24,000 nucleotides of DNA, taken from Syntrophorhabdus sp. (GTDB lineage Bacteria > Desulfobacterota > Syntrophorhabdia > Syntrophorhabdales > Syntrophorhabdaceae). Below the pieces are notes generated by a model. That model did no database searches. It saw nothing but the letters and a program-made list of their open reading frames with translations, and was not told where the DNA came from. Below, piece after piece: positions 8,273 through 16,238 of this stretch. The position numbers and the translations under genes are program-made. Location of the stretch: positions 428,635 to 452,634 of the forward strand of contig JAXGNP010000002.1 of the NCBI GenBank assembly GCA_040767905.1, written 5' to 3'. Within the stretch, counting starts at the first letter, position 1. Each line of letters starts with the position of its first letter.

Positions 8273-9111
8273 ATGTAAGAAATATACTCTTAAGGACAGG
8301 TGCTTATATAACTGTACCGGTCCTTTTCTTAGCTTTTTGGGCCTTCATGGCATGGCACATGAAAAATGAGGTCATCCTGCCCAGTGTCGGGCAGGTGGCC
8401 CAGCTTTTCATGGAACCAACCAAAAGCCTTATAGCCATGGGCCCTCTCACCACAAATGTTGCCGTTAGTCTTGTGCGCGTTCTGTCGGGTTATCTCCTTG
8501 CGGTTTGCCTCGCCGTGCCGCTGGGGATTCTTATGGGATATTACGGGACGGTCTTCAGGCTCATGAATGGTTTCCTTGCCATGTTCAGGCCAATCCCCCC
8601 TCTTGCATGGGTGCCATTGGTGCTTGCCTGGTTTGGAATTACGAGCTTTGCAACACTTTTTGGCGTGGAAAGGGGGTATGCGTATCTTTATCTCAATAAC
8701 CTGAAGTTCTCTATGATTTTTATTATCTTCATAGGGGCTTTCTATCCTATTTTGACGAGTGCGATACACGGGGTCATGAGCGTGCGGAATACCCTTTTGG
8801 ACTCAGCAAGGGTTCTTGGAGCCAGCGAGTGGGACATTTTTCGGAAAATTCTCTTGCCGGCATCTTCTCCTTCAATTGTTAACGGTATGAGGATCGGCCT
8901 GGGAGTAGCATGGATGTGCCTTGTATCAGCAGAAATGCTTCCCGGGAGTCTCTCCGGTGTGGGCTATCTTATTACCCACGCGTACACGCTCGCACGAACA
9001 GATATTGTCATAGCAGGCATGATCAGTATTGGAGTCATAGGCGCTTTCCTGGACCTATTCTTCCGACTCGTCGAAGATCGCAAGTTCGTCTGGACGAGAT
9101 TGACCCGATGA
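8269..9111 (+). CDS. ABC transporter permease, NitT/TauT family
   Basis: 280 aa and multi-TM. The EAA-loop region is DSARVLGASEWDIFRKILLPASSPSIVNGMRIGLG. ATGA overlap with the SBP stop. Confidence 0.85.
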   Translation: MNVRNILLRTGAYITVPVLFLAFWAFMAWHMKNEVILPSVGQVAQLFMEPTKSLIAMGPLTTNVAVSLVRVLSGYLLAVCLAVPLGILMGYYGTVFRLMNGFLAMFRPIPPLAWVPLVLAWFGITSFATLFGVERGYAYLYLNNLKFSMIFIIFIGAFYPILTSAIHGVMSVRNTLLDSARVLGASEWDIFRKILLPASSPSIVNGMRIGLGVAWMCLVSAEMLPGSLSGVGYLITHAYTLARTDIVIAGMISIGVIGAFLDLFFRLVEDRKFVWTRLTR

Positions 9112-9923
9112 AGGAGTATCCCATACTCCGCGTCCAGTCCCTTCGCAAGTCCTTTAGGACAAACGACGGAGGAGCCCTTGAGGCAGTGGCAGAGGTCAGC
9201 TTCGAAATTCCCGAAAATGACTTTGTGTGCATCGTGGGACCATCGGGATGCGGAAAGTCAACATTGCTGAGAATGATCGCAGGCCTCGAGACAATCAGTA
9301 CCGGAGAAATAGACTACCGGGGAGAGATAGTCTCACGGCCGCGGAAAGAAATCGGTATGGTCTTCCAGGAATACTCCCTTCTGCCGTGGAGAAATGTGAT
9401 TGACAATGTCGCACTTGGTCCTGAATTCTCGGGTGTGCCGCTAAATGTGCGGAAAGAGAAAGCCATGGAGTACCTGCGCCTTGTCGGAATGGAAGCTTTT
9501 TCACAGTCTTTTCCCCATGAACTTTCGGGAGGCATGAGACAACGTGTTGCCATTGTCAGGGCCCTTGCCAATGACCCGGACGTGCTTCTCATGGATGAAC
9601 CTTTTGGCGCACTCGATGCCCATACAAGAATCCTGCTGCAAAAAGAATTGCTTCGTATATGGGAACACCACCGTAAGACGATCCTCTTCGTAACCCACGG
9701 TGTCGATGAGGCTATATATCTTGCGGACCGCATTATGGTTATGTCTGCACGACCTGGCAAGATTCTCGAAATCATTGATGTGGACATGGCCCGACCGAGA
9801 CACCGGGGAGACCCTGCCTATGGCCAACTGGCAGATCAGATTCTCGCAATCCTCGAGCAGGAGGCCGTATTTTCCTTTGGTAATGGAACTGAAAGACGAT
9901 GCCTGAATCATTTCAATGAATAG
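9108..9923 (+). CDS. ABC transporter ATP-binding protein, NitT/TauT family
   Basis: 271 aa from ATG 9108 (ATGA overlap with the permease stop). Walker A GPSGCGKST, signature LSGGMRQR, Walker B LLMDEPFGALD. The track's start at 8910 lies inside the permease gene. Confidence 0.9.
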   Translation: MKEYPILRVQSLRKSFRTNDGGALEAVAEVSFEIPENDFVCIVGPSGCGKSTLLRMIAGLETISTGEIDYRGEIVSRPRKEIGMVFQEYSLLPWRNVIDNVALGPEFSGVPLNVRKEKAMEYLRLVGMEAFSQSFPHELSGGMRQRVAIVRALANDPDVLLMDEPFGALDAHTRILLQKELLRIWEHHRKTILFVTHGVDEAIYLADRIMVMSARPGKILEIIDVDMARPRHRGDPAYGQLADQILAILEQEAVFSFGNGTERRCLNHFNE

Positions 9924-11853
9924 TTATCAAAAGAACATAGTAGTTGGAACTGCTGGTCATGTTGGCCATGGGAAAACAACACTGATTAAAGCCCTCACAG
10001 GAACCGATACAGACCGTTTGAAAGAAGAAAAAGAAAAAGGGATGACAATTGAACCTGGATTTACAAGTCTGCAACTTCCTTCCGGCAATGTCATTTCAAT
10101 TGTGGATGCACCTGGCCATGAACGATTTATCAAAAACATGCTGAGAGGCATATCCGGAGTAGACATTGCCATCCTTGTTGTAGCATCAGACGCGGGAGTG
10201 ATGCCCCAAACTCGCGAACATCTTGATATCTTGAGGCTATTAAATATACGACATGGCTTTATTGTGCTGTCGAAGATTGATCTTGTAGATGAAGAAATCA
10301 TAGGTATGGCACATGAAGAGGTGCGAGACTTTGTGAAAGAAACCTTTCTTGAGAACACACCCATAATCCATTTCTCTGCCAAAACAGGTCATGGTCTTGC
10401 AGAGATAAAACAGACTGTGGAGGACATATCCAGACATGTTATACAGAAAGACCAGCACGGAATATTCCGTCTCCCTATTGATCGGGTTTTCACTATGCCA
10501 GGTTATGGAACAATAGTGACTGGTACGGTTATATCAGGACGGATACGTAAAGGTGATGCTGTGGAAATCTATCCTATCGGAAAACTAACCACGGTCAGAA
10601 ATATTCAGATTCACGGTAAGTGGGCGGGCGATGCAGCAGCGGGCAATAGAGTAGGCCTGAATCTATCCGATGTGAGGATGGAAGAACTTGAAAAAGGGAT
10701 GGTTGTTGGTGAACGACAATCTCTGCTTTTGACCAATGTAGTGAATGCGAAACTCCACTATCTGCAATCAAACCCATATCATCTTAATAGTATAGCCGAG
10801 GTTAAACTCTATTCGGGAACTTACGAAGTAGTTGCCCGATCAATACTTATGAATAAAGAAAAAATTCTTCCAGGTGAAAGCTGCTTTATACAAATGAGAT
10901 TAGAAAATAGTTTCGCCCTTCTTCCTTACGATAGATATATTCTCAGAGCCCTAAACCCCGTGAGCACAATTGGCGGCGGTATAATTTTGGAGGTTGATCC
11001 GGAGAAATATCTATCTTCACGCCCTGAATCAACTGAACATCTTCAACTACTGGAAAGGAAAGTCATTCATGAGATGGTGGAGGCATCGGTCAAAAAGGAA
11101 AGGCTGGCATCGTTCAAGACTCCTGATTTGGCTAAGAAACTCCATGTGGGTCAAACAGAAATCGATGAGGCGTGTAATCACTTATTAAGAGAAGGCAGGG
11201 TTTTATTCACAGAGGATGGTTCTGTGATCCATAAAGAATCCCTTATCTGTTTGGAAAAAGAAATACTGGAGGAGATTGCAGGCTTTCATGAGAGCCATCC
11301 CGATCAAAAAGATGCCTCTCAGGAGGAAATCCGTATAAAGATTTCCCCCTCCTTAAACCAAAGAGTATATGAGACTATCCTTCAAGACCTTAAGAATAAG
11401 AAAGAAATAGACATCAACAAGGGAAGAATCAAACTGTTTGGATTCCAGGTGACATTAAGTAAAAAACAAAAACAGATTTATGATCATTTAGAGGAAATTT
11501 GCAAATCGTATCACTTTAGGCATCTACCCTCGAATGTTCTGCAGATGCTGAAGGATTCCTACGGAGAAAAAGAAGTAGAAGGCGTATTAAGGGTTATGAT
11601 TGGCGAGGGAAGGCTGATCAAATTGAACAATCGCCGATTTATTCATTCAGATGCCATTGAGGATGCAAAAAAAGTTATACGAAATCATATCGAGCAAACG
11701 GGTCAGGTTGCTCTGAGAGAGTCTATGAAGTTATTTGGAGTAGGCCGGCCTCAAGTCCAGCCCATCTTTGATTATCTTGATTCAATACGGTTTACCATGA
11801 GAATAGGAGATTATAGGGTTTTATATAAGAGCAAGGAGAGTGAATATGTCTGA
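9916..11853 (+). CDS. selB: Selenocysteine-specific translation elongation factor SelB
   Basis: 645 aa. G-domain motifs are GTAGHVGHGKTTL, DAPGHERF and LSKIDL. It has the beta-barrel domains and a long C-terminal winged-helix extension of the length typical for bacterial SelB. The ATG overlaps the ATPase gene by 8 nt. Confidence 0.9.
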   Translation: MNSYQKNIVVGTAGHVGHGKTTLIKALTGTDTDRLKEEKEKGMTIEPGFTSLQLPSGNVISIVDAPGHERFIKNMLRGISGVDIAILVVASDAGVMPQTREHLDILRLLNIRHGFIVLSKIDLVDEEIIGMAHEEVRDFVKETFLENTPIIHFSAKTGHGLAEIKQTVEDISRHVIQKDQHGIFRLPIDRVFTMPGYGTIVTGTVISGRIRKGDAVEIYPIGKLTTVRNIQIHGKWAGDAAAGNRVGLNLSDVRMEELEKGMVVGERQSLLLTNVVNAKLHYLQSNPYHLNSIAEVKLYSGTYEVVARSILMNKEKILPGESCFIQMRLENSFALLPYDRYILRALNPVSTIGGGIILEVDPEKYLSSRPESTEHLQLLERKVIHEMVEASVKKERLASFKTPDLAKKLHVGQTEIDEACNHLLREGRVLFTEDGSVIHKESLICLEKEILEEIAGFHESHPDQKDASQEEIRIKISPSLNQRVYETILQDLKNKKEIDINKGRIKLFGFQVTLSKKQKQIYDHLEEICKSYHFRHLPSNVLQMLKDSYGEKEVEGVLRVMIGEGRLIKLNNRRFIHSDAIEDAKKVIRNHIEQTGQVALRESMKLFGVGRPQVQPIFDYLDSIRFTMRIGDYRVLYKSKESEYV

Positions 11854-12058
11854 ATTGATCAATGCGAAAGGGCTTGGTTGTGCCGAGCCGGTAATTTTGG
11901 CAAAAAAAGCACTTGATTCACTGGATGAAATCACCATTGTGGTTAATGAGGCTACAGCCATGGAAAACCTCAGGACTTTAGGGACTTACTTAGGATGTTC
12001 GGTAAAGGTTACCACAGAGGCTAATTGCATCCACACGGTTTACTTCAGAAAAAAATAA
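11846..12058 (+). CDS. YedF/TusA(SirA)-like small sulfur/selenium carrier protein, variant CAEP motif
   Basis: 70 aa from ATG 11846 (AAGGAG 7 nt upstream), overlapping the selB stop by 8 nt. The sequence INAKGLGCAEPVILAKKAL...ITIVVNEATAMENLRTL matches the YedF N-domain pattern (DarGl.CP.PV...vdn..a.eNv) but has CAEP instead of CPxP. Confidence 0.7.
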   Translation: MSELINAKGLGCAEPVILAKKALDSLDEITIVVNEATAMENLRTLGTYLGCSVKVTTEANCIHTVYFRKK

Positions 12059-12255
12059 AGGGTAAATGTTACTATGAATCTGCTCACTAATGTTCATCTA
12101 TTGCAGTTCATCATATGTTTTGCCCTTAAACATGATTACTACCTGAAACTCAGCCTGAAAAAGTCTGGTCAAGATAAAGCTACAAGTAAAGGTATTAAAC
12201 GTTCAATAGATAGAGGTTTTTTATAATTTGTTTGTTTATCATAGAAATAATCGAT

Positions 12256-12284
12256 TTGACTTATATGGTTAATGAATTTATATT
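12256..12284 (+). promoter_or_regulatory. Candidate sigma70-type promoter for the yedE-selD block
   Basis: TTGACT (12256-12261), a 17-nt spacer, then TATATT (12279-12284). It lies in a 268-bp AT-rich spacer, 43 nt upstream of the yedE ATG. Confidence 0.45.
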
Positions 12285-12326
12285 CAATACGGTTTTTTTC
12301 TTAAAAAAAATACGAAGGAAGACCTT

Positions 12327-13421
12327 ATGCCAAAGATCGCACAGTTTTTTTCGAGTCGTTGGGGAATCATTTTAGTAGGCGTTATTATTGGGGTTTTTGC
12401 CCAGCTCTTGCAGAAGTGGGGCAACCCGGCAAACATGGGCATCTGCGTAGCGTGCTTCGAACGGGACATTGCAGGCGCTTTGGGAATCCATCGGGCTGCT
12501 GTGGTCCAATACATGCGGCCGGAAATCATCGGTTTTGTCCTTGGTTCGCTGATTGCCGCTTACGCGTTTAAGGAGTTCAGATCGCGGGTTGGGTCTGCTC
12601 CAATCGTTCGTTTTATCCTCGGCACCTTCGCCATGATTGGGGCACTGGTCTTTTTAGGGTGCCCGTGGCGGGCTGCACTTCGTCTGGCTGGCGGTGACTG
12701 GAACGCAATCTTTGGTCTCCTCGGGCTTATCGGTGGGATATGGGTTGGCACATTCTTTCTCAAAGCGGGTTTCAACCTTGGTCGGACACAGGCTACCCAT
12801 ACCTCGGTTGGGTGGTTATTGCCGTTGACAATGCTGGGTTTTCTCATTCTTATGTTTATCTTCCCCCAAGTGCAGGGACAGGACAAGAGTGGCATCCTGT
12901 TTTACAGCGTCAAAGGCCCCGGCTCTATGCACGCCCCATTGATCGTTTCACTGGTTATTGGACTTTTTATCGGATTCCTTGCACAGAGAAGCCGGTTCTG
13001 CACCATGGGAGCAATTAGGGATCTCATCCTGTTCAGACAACCCCATCTCCTTACCGGGTTCGTCGCACTTGTTGTGGCTGCCTTTGTTACTAATTTGATT
13101 CTGGGACAGTTTCACCCCGGCTTCGTTAAGCAACCCGTGGCCCATACAATGGGGCTCTGGAATTTCGGCGGCATGGTCCTGGCAGGTTTAGCTTTTGCCC
13201 TGGCAGGAGGCTGCCCTGGACGGCAGCTGTTTTTAGCCGGAGAGGGCGACGGGGATGCGGCGGTGTTTGTTTTTGGGATGATCTTCGGAGCAGGTATTTC
13301 GCATAACTTCGGGTTGGCCAGCTCGCCGGATGGTGTCGGGCCATACGGGATTCCCGCTGTAATCATAGGTCTTCTGGTTTGCCTTTTCATCGGGTTTACG
13401 ATGAGGAAACAAGTTGCCTAA
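12327..13421 (+). CDS. yedE: YedE-family selenium metabolism membrane protein (putative Se transporter)
   Basis: 364 aa and polytopic. It has the two family-typical half-repeat Cys motifs, NMGICVACFERDIAGALG and SRFCTMGAIRDL. It sits in the classic yedE-yedF arrangement. Confidence 0.85.
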   Translation: MPKIAQFFSSRWGIILVGVIIGVFAQLLQKWGNPANMGICVACFERDIAGALGIHRAAVVQYMRPEIIGFVLGSLIAAYAFKEFRSRVGSAPIVRFILGTFAMIGALVFLGCPWRAALRLAGGDWNAIFGLLGLIGGIWVGTFFLKAGFNLGRTQATHTSVGWLLPLTMLGFLILMFIFPQVQGQDKSGILFYSVKGPGSMHAPLIVSLVIGLFIGFLAQRSRFCTMGAIRDLILFRQPHLLTGFVALVVAAFVTNLILGQFHPGFVKQPVAHTMGLWNFGGMVLAGLAFALAGGCPGRQLFLAGEGDGDAAVFVFGMIFGAGISHNFGLASSPDGVGPYGIPAVIIGLLVCLFIGFTMRKQVA

Positions 13422-13448
13422 AGGTTATTTAAAGAAGGAGGAATTACA

Positions 13449-13667
13449 ATGAGTGTAATCGTCGATGCCAGAGGGCTATCATGTCCGCAACCAGTTCTTT
13501 TGACCGTGAACGAAATTAAAAAGGTTGTAAAGGGTGAAATCGTTGTTCTTGTTGACACGGACACATCCAAGGAGAATGTTTCCCGCATAGCAGTTTCGCA
13601 GGGGTGGACGCTAAAAGGGGTCGAGCCGGATGGAACCGGATATCGCATTAGTATTGCAAAGGATTGA
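13449..13667 (+). CDS. yedF: YedF / TusA-like selenium metabolism protein (SirA domain only)
   Basis: 72 aa. VDARGLSCPQPVLLT carries the canonical CPxP motif, followed by VVLVDTDTSKENVSRIA. RBS GAAGGAGG. It lies immediately downstream of yedE. Confidence 0.8.
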   Translation: MSVIVDARGLSCPQPVLLTVNEIKKVVKGEIVVLVDTDTSKENVSRIAVSQGWTLKGVEPDGTGYRISIAKD

Positions 13668-13670
13668 TTC

Positions 13671-14225
13671 ATGTCTTTGTTGGGGTTTTTAAAAAAAAAT
13701 CAGAAGGAACTTGAGCTCAGGGAAGATATAGACCGCGGCTTTATGGTCTTTGAAAATACCAGCGAAGTGATTCAGGCTGATAACCTTCTGAAAAAAAATG
13801 GTTGGGAGATTCGGGTTATGGGGCCACCGCCGGAGATTCGAACAGGGTGTGACCTTGTCATCGAGTTCCCGCTCATTGAAGAGCTGAAAATCATAAAGAT
13901 TTTGCAGGATGCCGAAATACCGCCCCTTCAGGCAGTACCTGTTACCGGTCCCTTATTACAACCGGTAGGCCTCTTCAAGGTCAAAGATTTTGGCAGGTAT
14001 CTGATGGTACGGGCAGCCAACATGAAACTGACCGTTGACACGGAGTCACTCATCATTGTGAACATTTCCGGAGGCGGTTGTCCGGATGTTCCCTACCTTG
14101 CCGAGGAGATGGTAGGCAAGCATCTCAATGAAGCTCCGAGCCCGCGGGAGATCGGACATACCCTGTGTGGCTATGCCCTTCAATTGGCCTACGAAGAGGT
14201 AAAACAACGATGCTTGCAGTCGTAG
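13671..14225 (+). CDS. DUF3343 (putative Se/S carrier) domain protein with an unassigned C-terminal Cys-containing domain
   Basis: 184 aa. The N-terminal roughly 75 aa (FMVFENTSEVIQADNLLKKNGWEIRVMGPPPEIRTGCDLVIEF) fit the DUF3343 pattern (ferredoxin-like, P.P..i...CG.). I do not recognise the C-terminal roughly 100 aa (NISGGGCPDVPYLAEEMVG...HTLCGYALQLA). Confidence 0.65.
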   Translation: MSLLGFLKKNQKELELREDIDRGFMVFENTSEVIQADNLLKKNGWEIRVMGPPPEIRTGCDLVIEFPLIEELKIIKILQDAEIPPLQAVPVTGPLLQPVGLFKVKDFGRYLMVRAANMKLTVDTESLIIVNISGGGCPDVPYLAEEMVGKHLNEAPSPREIGHTLCGYALQLAYEEVKQRCLQS

Positions 14226-15073
14226 GCACCGTCCCCGAGAATGATTTTCCATTACTTGCGGGAAAAGTCACCCTTGAAAATGGAAATATTGTCATTCAGG
14301 GGAAAAGGGTTAATATAAACCGTGGCACGCCAGCATTGCTCGCTGCTGCTGCCAAAGCTTCGGAGACATTGCAGCAGGAAGAGCCTTTTGGGTATTTGAT
14401 AGGGGATATCGGTCGCGGCGATGGCAGTAAAAAACTGTATCAGTATCTCGTAGAGCACCTCAAGAAAACCAGTTTTCATACCATGGCTTTTCATTATCTG
14501 CAACCCCTTGTCGATTGGCACAACCGAATTCTTGCAATCATCACAAAAATGATTCCGAAGCCGGTTCTCATCGCCGATGCGGGATCCATGTATATGGCGA
14601 AAATGAGTGGGAAATCAGCGGCCTATGATCTTTTCACGCCGGACATTGGAGAGCTTGCATTTCTTGCGGACGAAGCGGCCCCTCACCCGTTTTACACGCG
14701 AGGGTTTATTTTGCACGAAGAACAGCATGCACCCGATCTTATTGCCAGGGCATACGCCCACAGGAATGCCTCAGAGTACCTTCTGGTTAAGGGTAGTAAG
14801 GATTATATAGTGAACAGTGAAGGCGTACAGGACATTGTCGAAAGCCCCGTTGAAGAGTCAATGGAAGCCATAGGCGGAACCGGCGATACCCTTACTGGTA
14901 TTGTCGCTGCGTTGTGTGCAGCCGGCATAAGCGTGAAGGAAGCGGCTATCCTGGCAGCGCGGACAAATCGATTGGCAGGATCGTATGCGCATCCAACCCC
15001 TGCAACCCAGGTGATGGAAATAATCCGATATATACCCAAAGCGCTAAACGTTTGCATGAGAAAAGATCAATGA
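14210..15073 (+). CDS. NnrD/YjeF_C-like carbohydrate-kinase-fold (ribokinase superfamily) protein, function unknown
   Basis: 287 aa from ATG 14210. The sequences VLIADAGSMYMA...LFTPDIGELAFLA...YLLVKGSKDYIV...EAIGGTGDTLTGIVAALCAAG parallel the NAD(P)HX dehydratase layout (DADal...TPH.gE...LKG...GsGDvLaG). It overlaps the upstream gene by 16 nt and shares an ATGA with selD. Confidence 0.6.
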   Translation: MLAVVGTVPENDFPLLAGKVTLENGNIVIQGKRVNINRGTPALLAAAAKASETLQQEEPFGYLIGDIGRGDGSKKLYQYLVEHLKKTSFHTMAFHYLQPLVDWHNRILAIITKMIPKPVLIADAGSMYMAKMSGKSAAYDLFTPDIGELAFLADEAAPHPFYTRGFILHEEQHAPDLIARAYAHRNASEYLLVKGSKDYIVNSEGVQDIVESPVEESMEAIGGTGDTLTGIVAALCAAGISVKEAAILAARTNRLAGSYAHPTPATQVMEIIRYIPKALNVCMRKDQ

Positions 15074-16134
15074 AAGAAAAGAAGACTCCACGACTAACAG
15101 AAACGGTTAAGGGCGCCGGCTGAGCATCGAAGCTGGGTCCGGGCGACCTAGATAAGGCTCTGTGCGGTCTTTCCCTGATGAATGATCCAAACCTGATTGT
15201 TGGAATGGATAGGGCCGATGACGCCGGGGTATACAAAATCTCGGAAGATCTTGCGCTTATTCAGACGGTTGATTTTTTTACCCCCATTGTAGATGATCCT
15301 TATATGTTTGGCCAGATTGCGGCTACCAACTCGCTCAGCGATGTCTACGCCATGGGAGGTCAACCTTTGACAGCAATGAATATCGTCTGTTTTCCCATAA
15401 AGACGATGGACATATCAGTATTAAGGGAGATCCTGCGAGGAGGACTCGATAAGATGAAGGAGGCAGGAGTTACCCTGGCGGGAGGGCATAGCGTCGAAGA
15501 TTCAGAGCTGAAGTACGGGCTTTCCGTTACTGGAATCATCCACCCTTCCCGGGTGCTGACCAATGTAGGGGCAGAACCAGGGGATAAGCTGATCTTAACC
15601 AAACCGCTTGGCACCGGAATCATCAATACCGCTATAAAGGCTGGAATGGTAGATGAAGGGCTGGCCGAAAAAGTCATACGGTCTATGGCTCACCTGAATA
15701 GATCCGCTGCAGAAGTAGTGCAGGAGGTAGGTGCCCGAGCCTGCACCGATGTCACCGGATTTGGCCTTCTGGGTCATGCCTTTGAAATGATTCAGGGAAC
15801 AGGGAGGGGTATCATCATCTACGCATCCCAGGTCCCTTTATTTCAGGAGGCTGTTAGCTTTGCAGAAATGGGCCTGGTTCCTGGAGGTGCCTATCGCAAC
15901 AGAGATTTCAGGATTCATCAGGTTGATATTGATGCTGATGTATCACGGTATCTTTCGGACATCTTTTTTGATCCTCAAACATCCGGGGGTCTGCTCATTG
16001 CAGTACCAGAGGAAAAGGCAAATAGAATGGTAAAAAGATTAAAGGAAAAGGGCATAGATGAAGCGGCAATTATTGGAGAGATCACAGATGAACCAAAAGA
16101 AAGAATTATCGTTCGGCTTTCCGGGAAAAAATAA
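15070..16134 (+). CDS. selD: Selenide, water dikinase SelD (selenophosphate synthetase), selenocysteine-containing form (UGA at 15121-15123 = Sec18)
   Basis: Reading from ATG 15070 gives [45 protein letters not shown].... This reproduces the conserved SelD N-terminal GAG(U/C).K.GP.DL motif. The track ORF (15178-16134) is only the part after the UGA. The rest is collinear AIR-synthase-like SelD (DDAGVYKI, DFFTPIVDDPYMFG, GGHSVED). Confidence 0.9.
15122..15160 (+). promoter_or_regulatory. SECIS-like stem-loop immediately 3' of the selD UGA
   Basis: The upper stem CTGGGTC (15133-15139) pairs with GACCTAG (15145-15151), giving 7 bp with one G-U. The apical loop is CGGGC, placing G residues about 20 nt after the UGA. 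A possible lower stem is GAGC (15122-15125) with GCTC (15157-15160). Folded by eye only. Confidence 0.55.
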
Positions 16135-16238
16135 ATAACCAAAATTATACGACAACTCAAAGAGCACAAATCGCAACCTTTATTATAGCGTGCAAGGTCA
16201 GATTCGAGGAGAAAATACAGAAGGATACACCGTAAGAC

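Noticed and set aside
8910-9107. Upstream extension of the ABC ATPase ORF (track start 8910).
   Set aside because: It lies entirely inside the permease gene in another frame and gives an Arg/Ser/His-rich nonsense peptide. ATG 9108, with an ATGA overlap, gives a normal N-terminus 30 residues before Walker A.
9314-9787. Long antisense ORFs inside confirmed genes, for example 9314-9787, 4745-5248, 12560-12895, 13112-13390 and 21768-22325.
   Set aside because: These are shadow ORFs on the opposite strand of genes with clear family motifs. Their products are Arg/Ser/Pro-rich with no recognisable domains or RBS.
13828-13846. GTTCGAATC T-loop-like string (minus strand), found during a search of the whole window for tRNA-Sec (selC).
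   Set aside because: The flanking bases cannot form a T-stem, and it lies inside the DUF3343 coding sequence. No cloverleaf with a UCA anticodon loop was found anywhere in the window.
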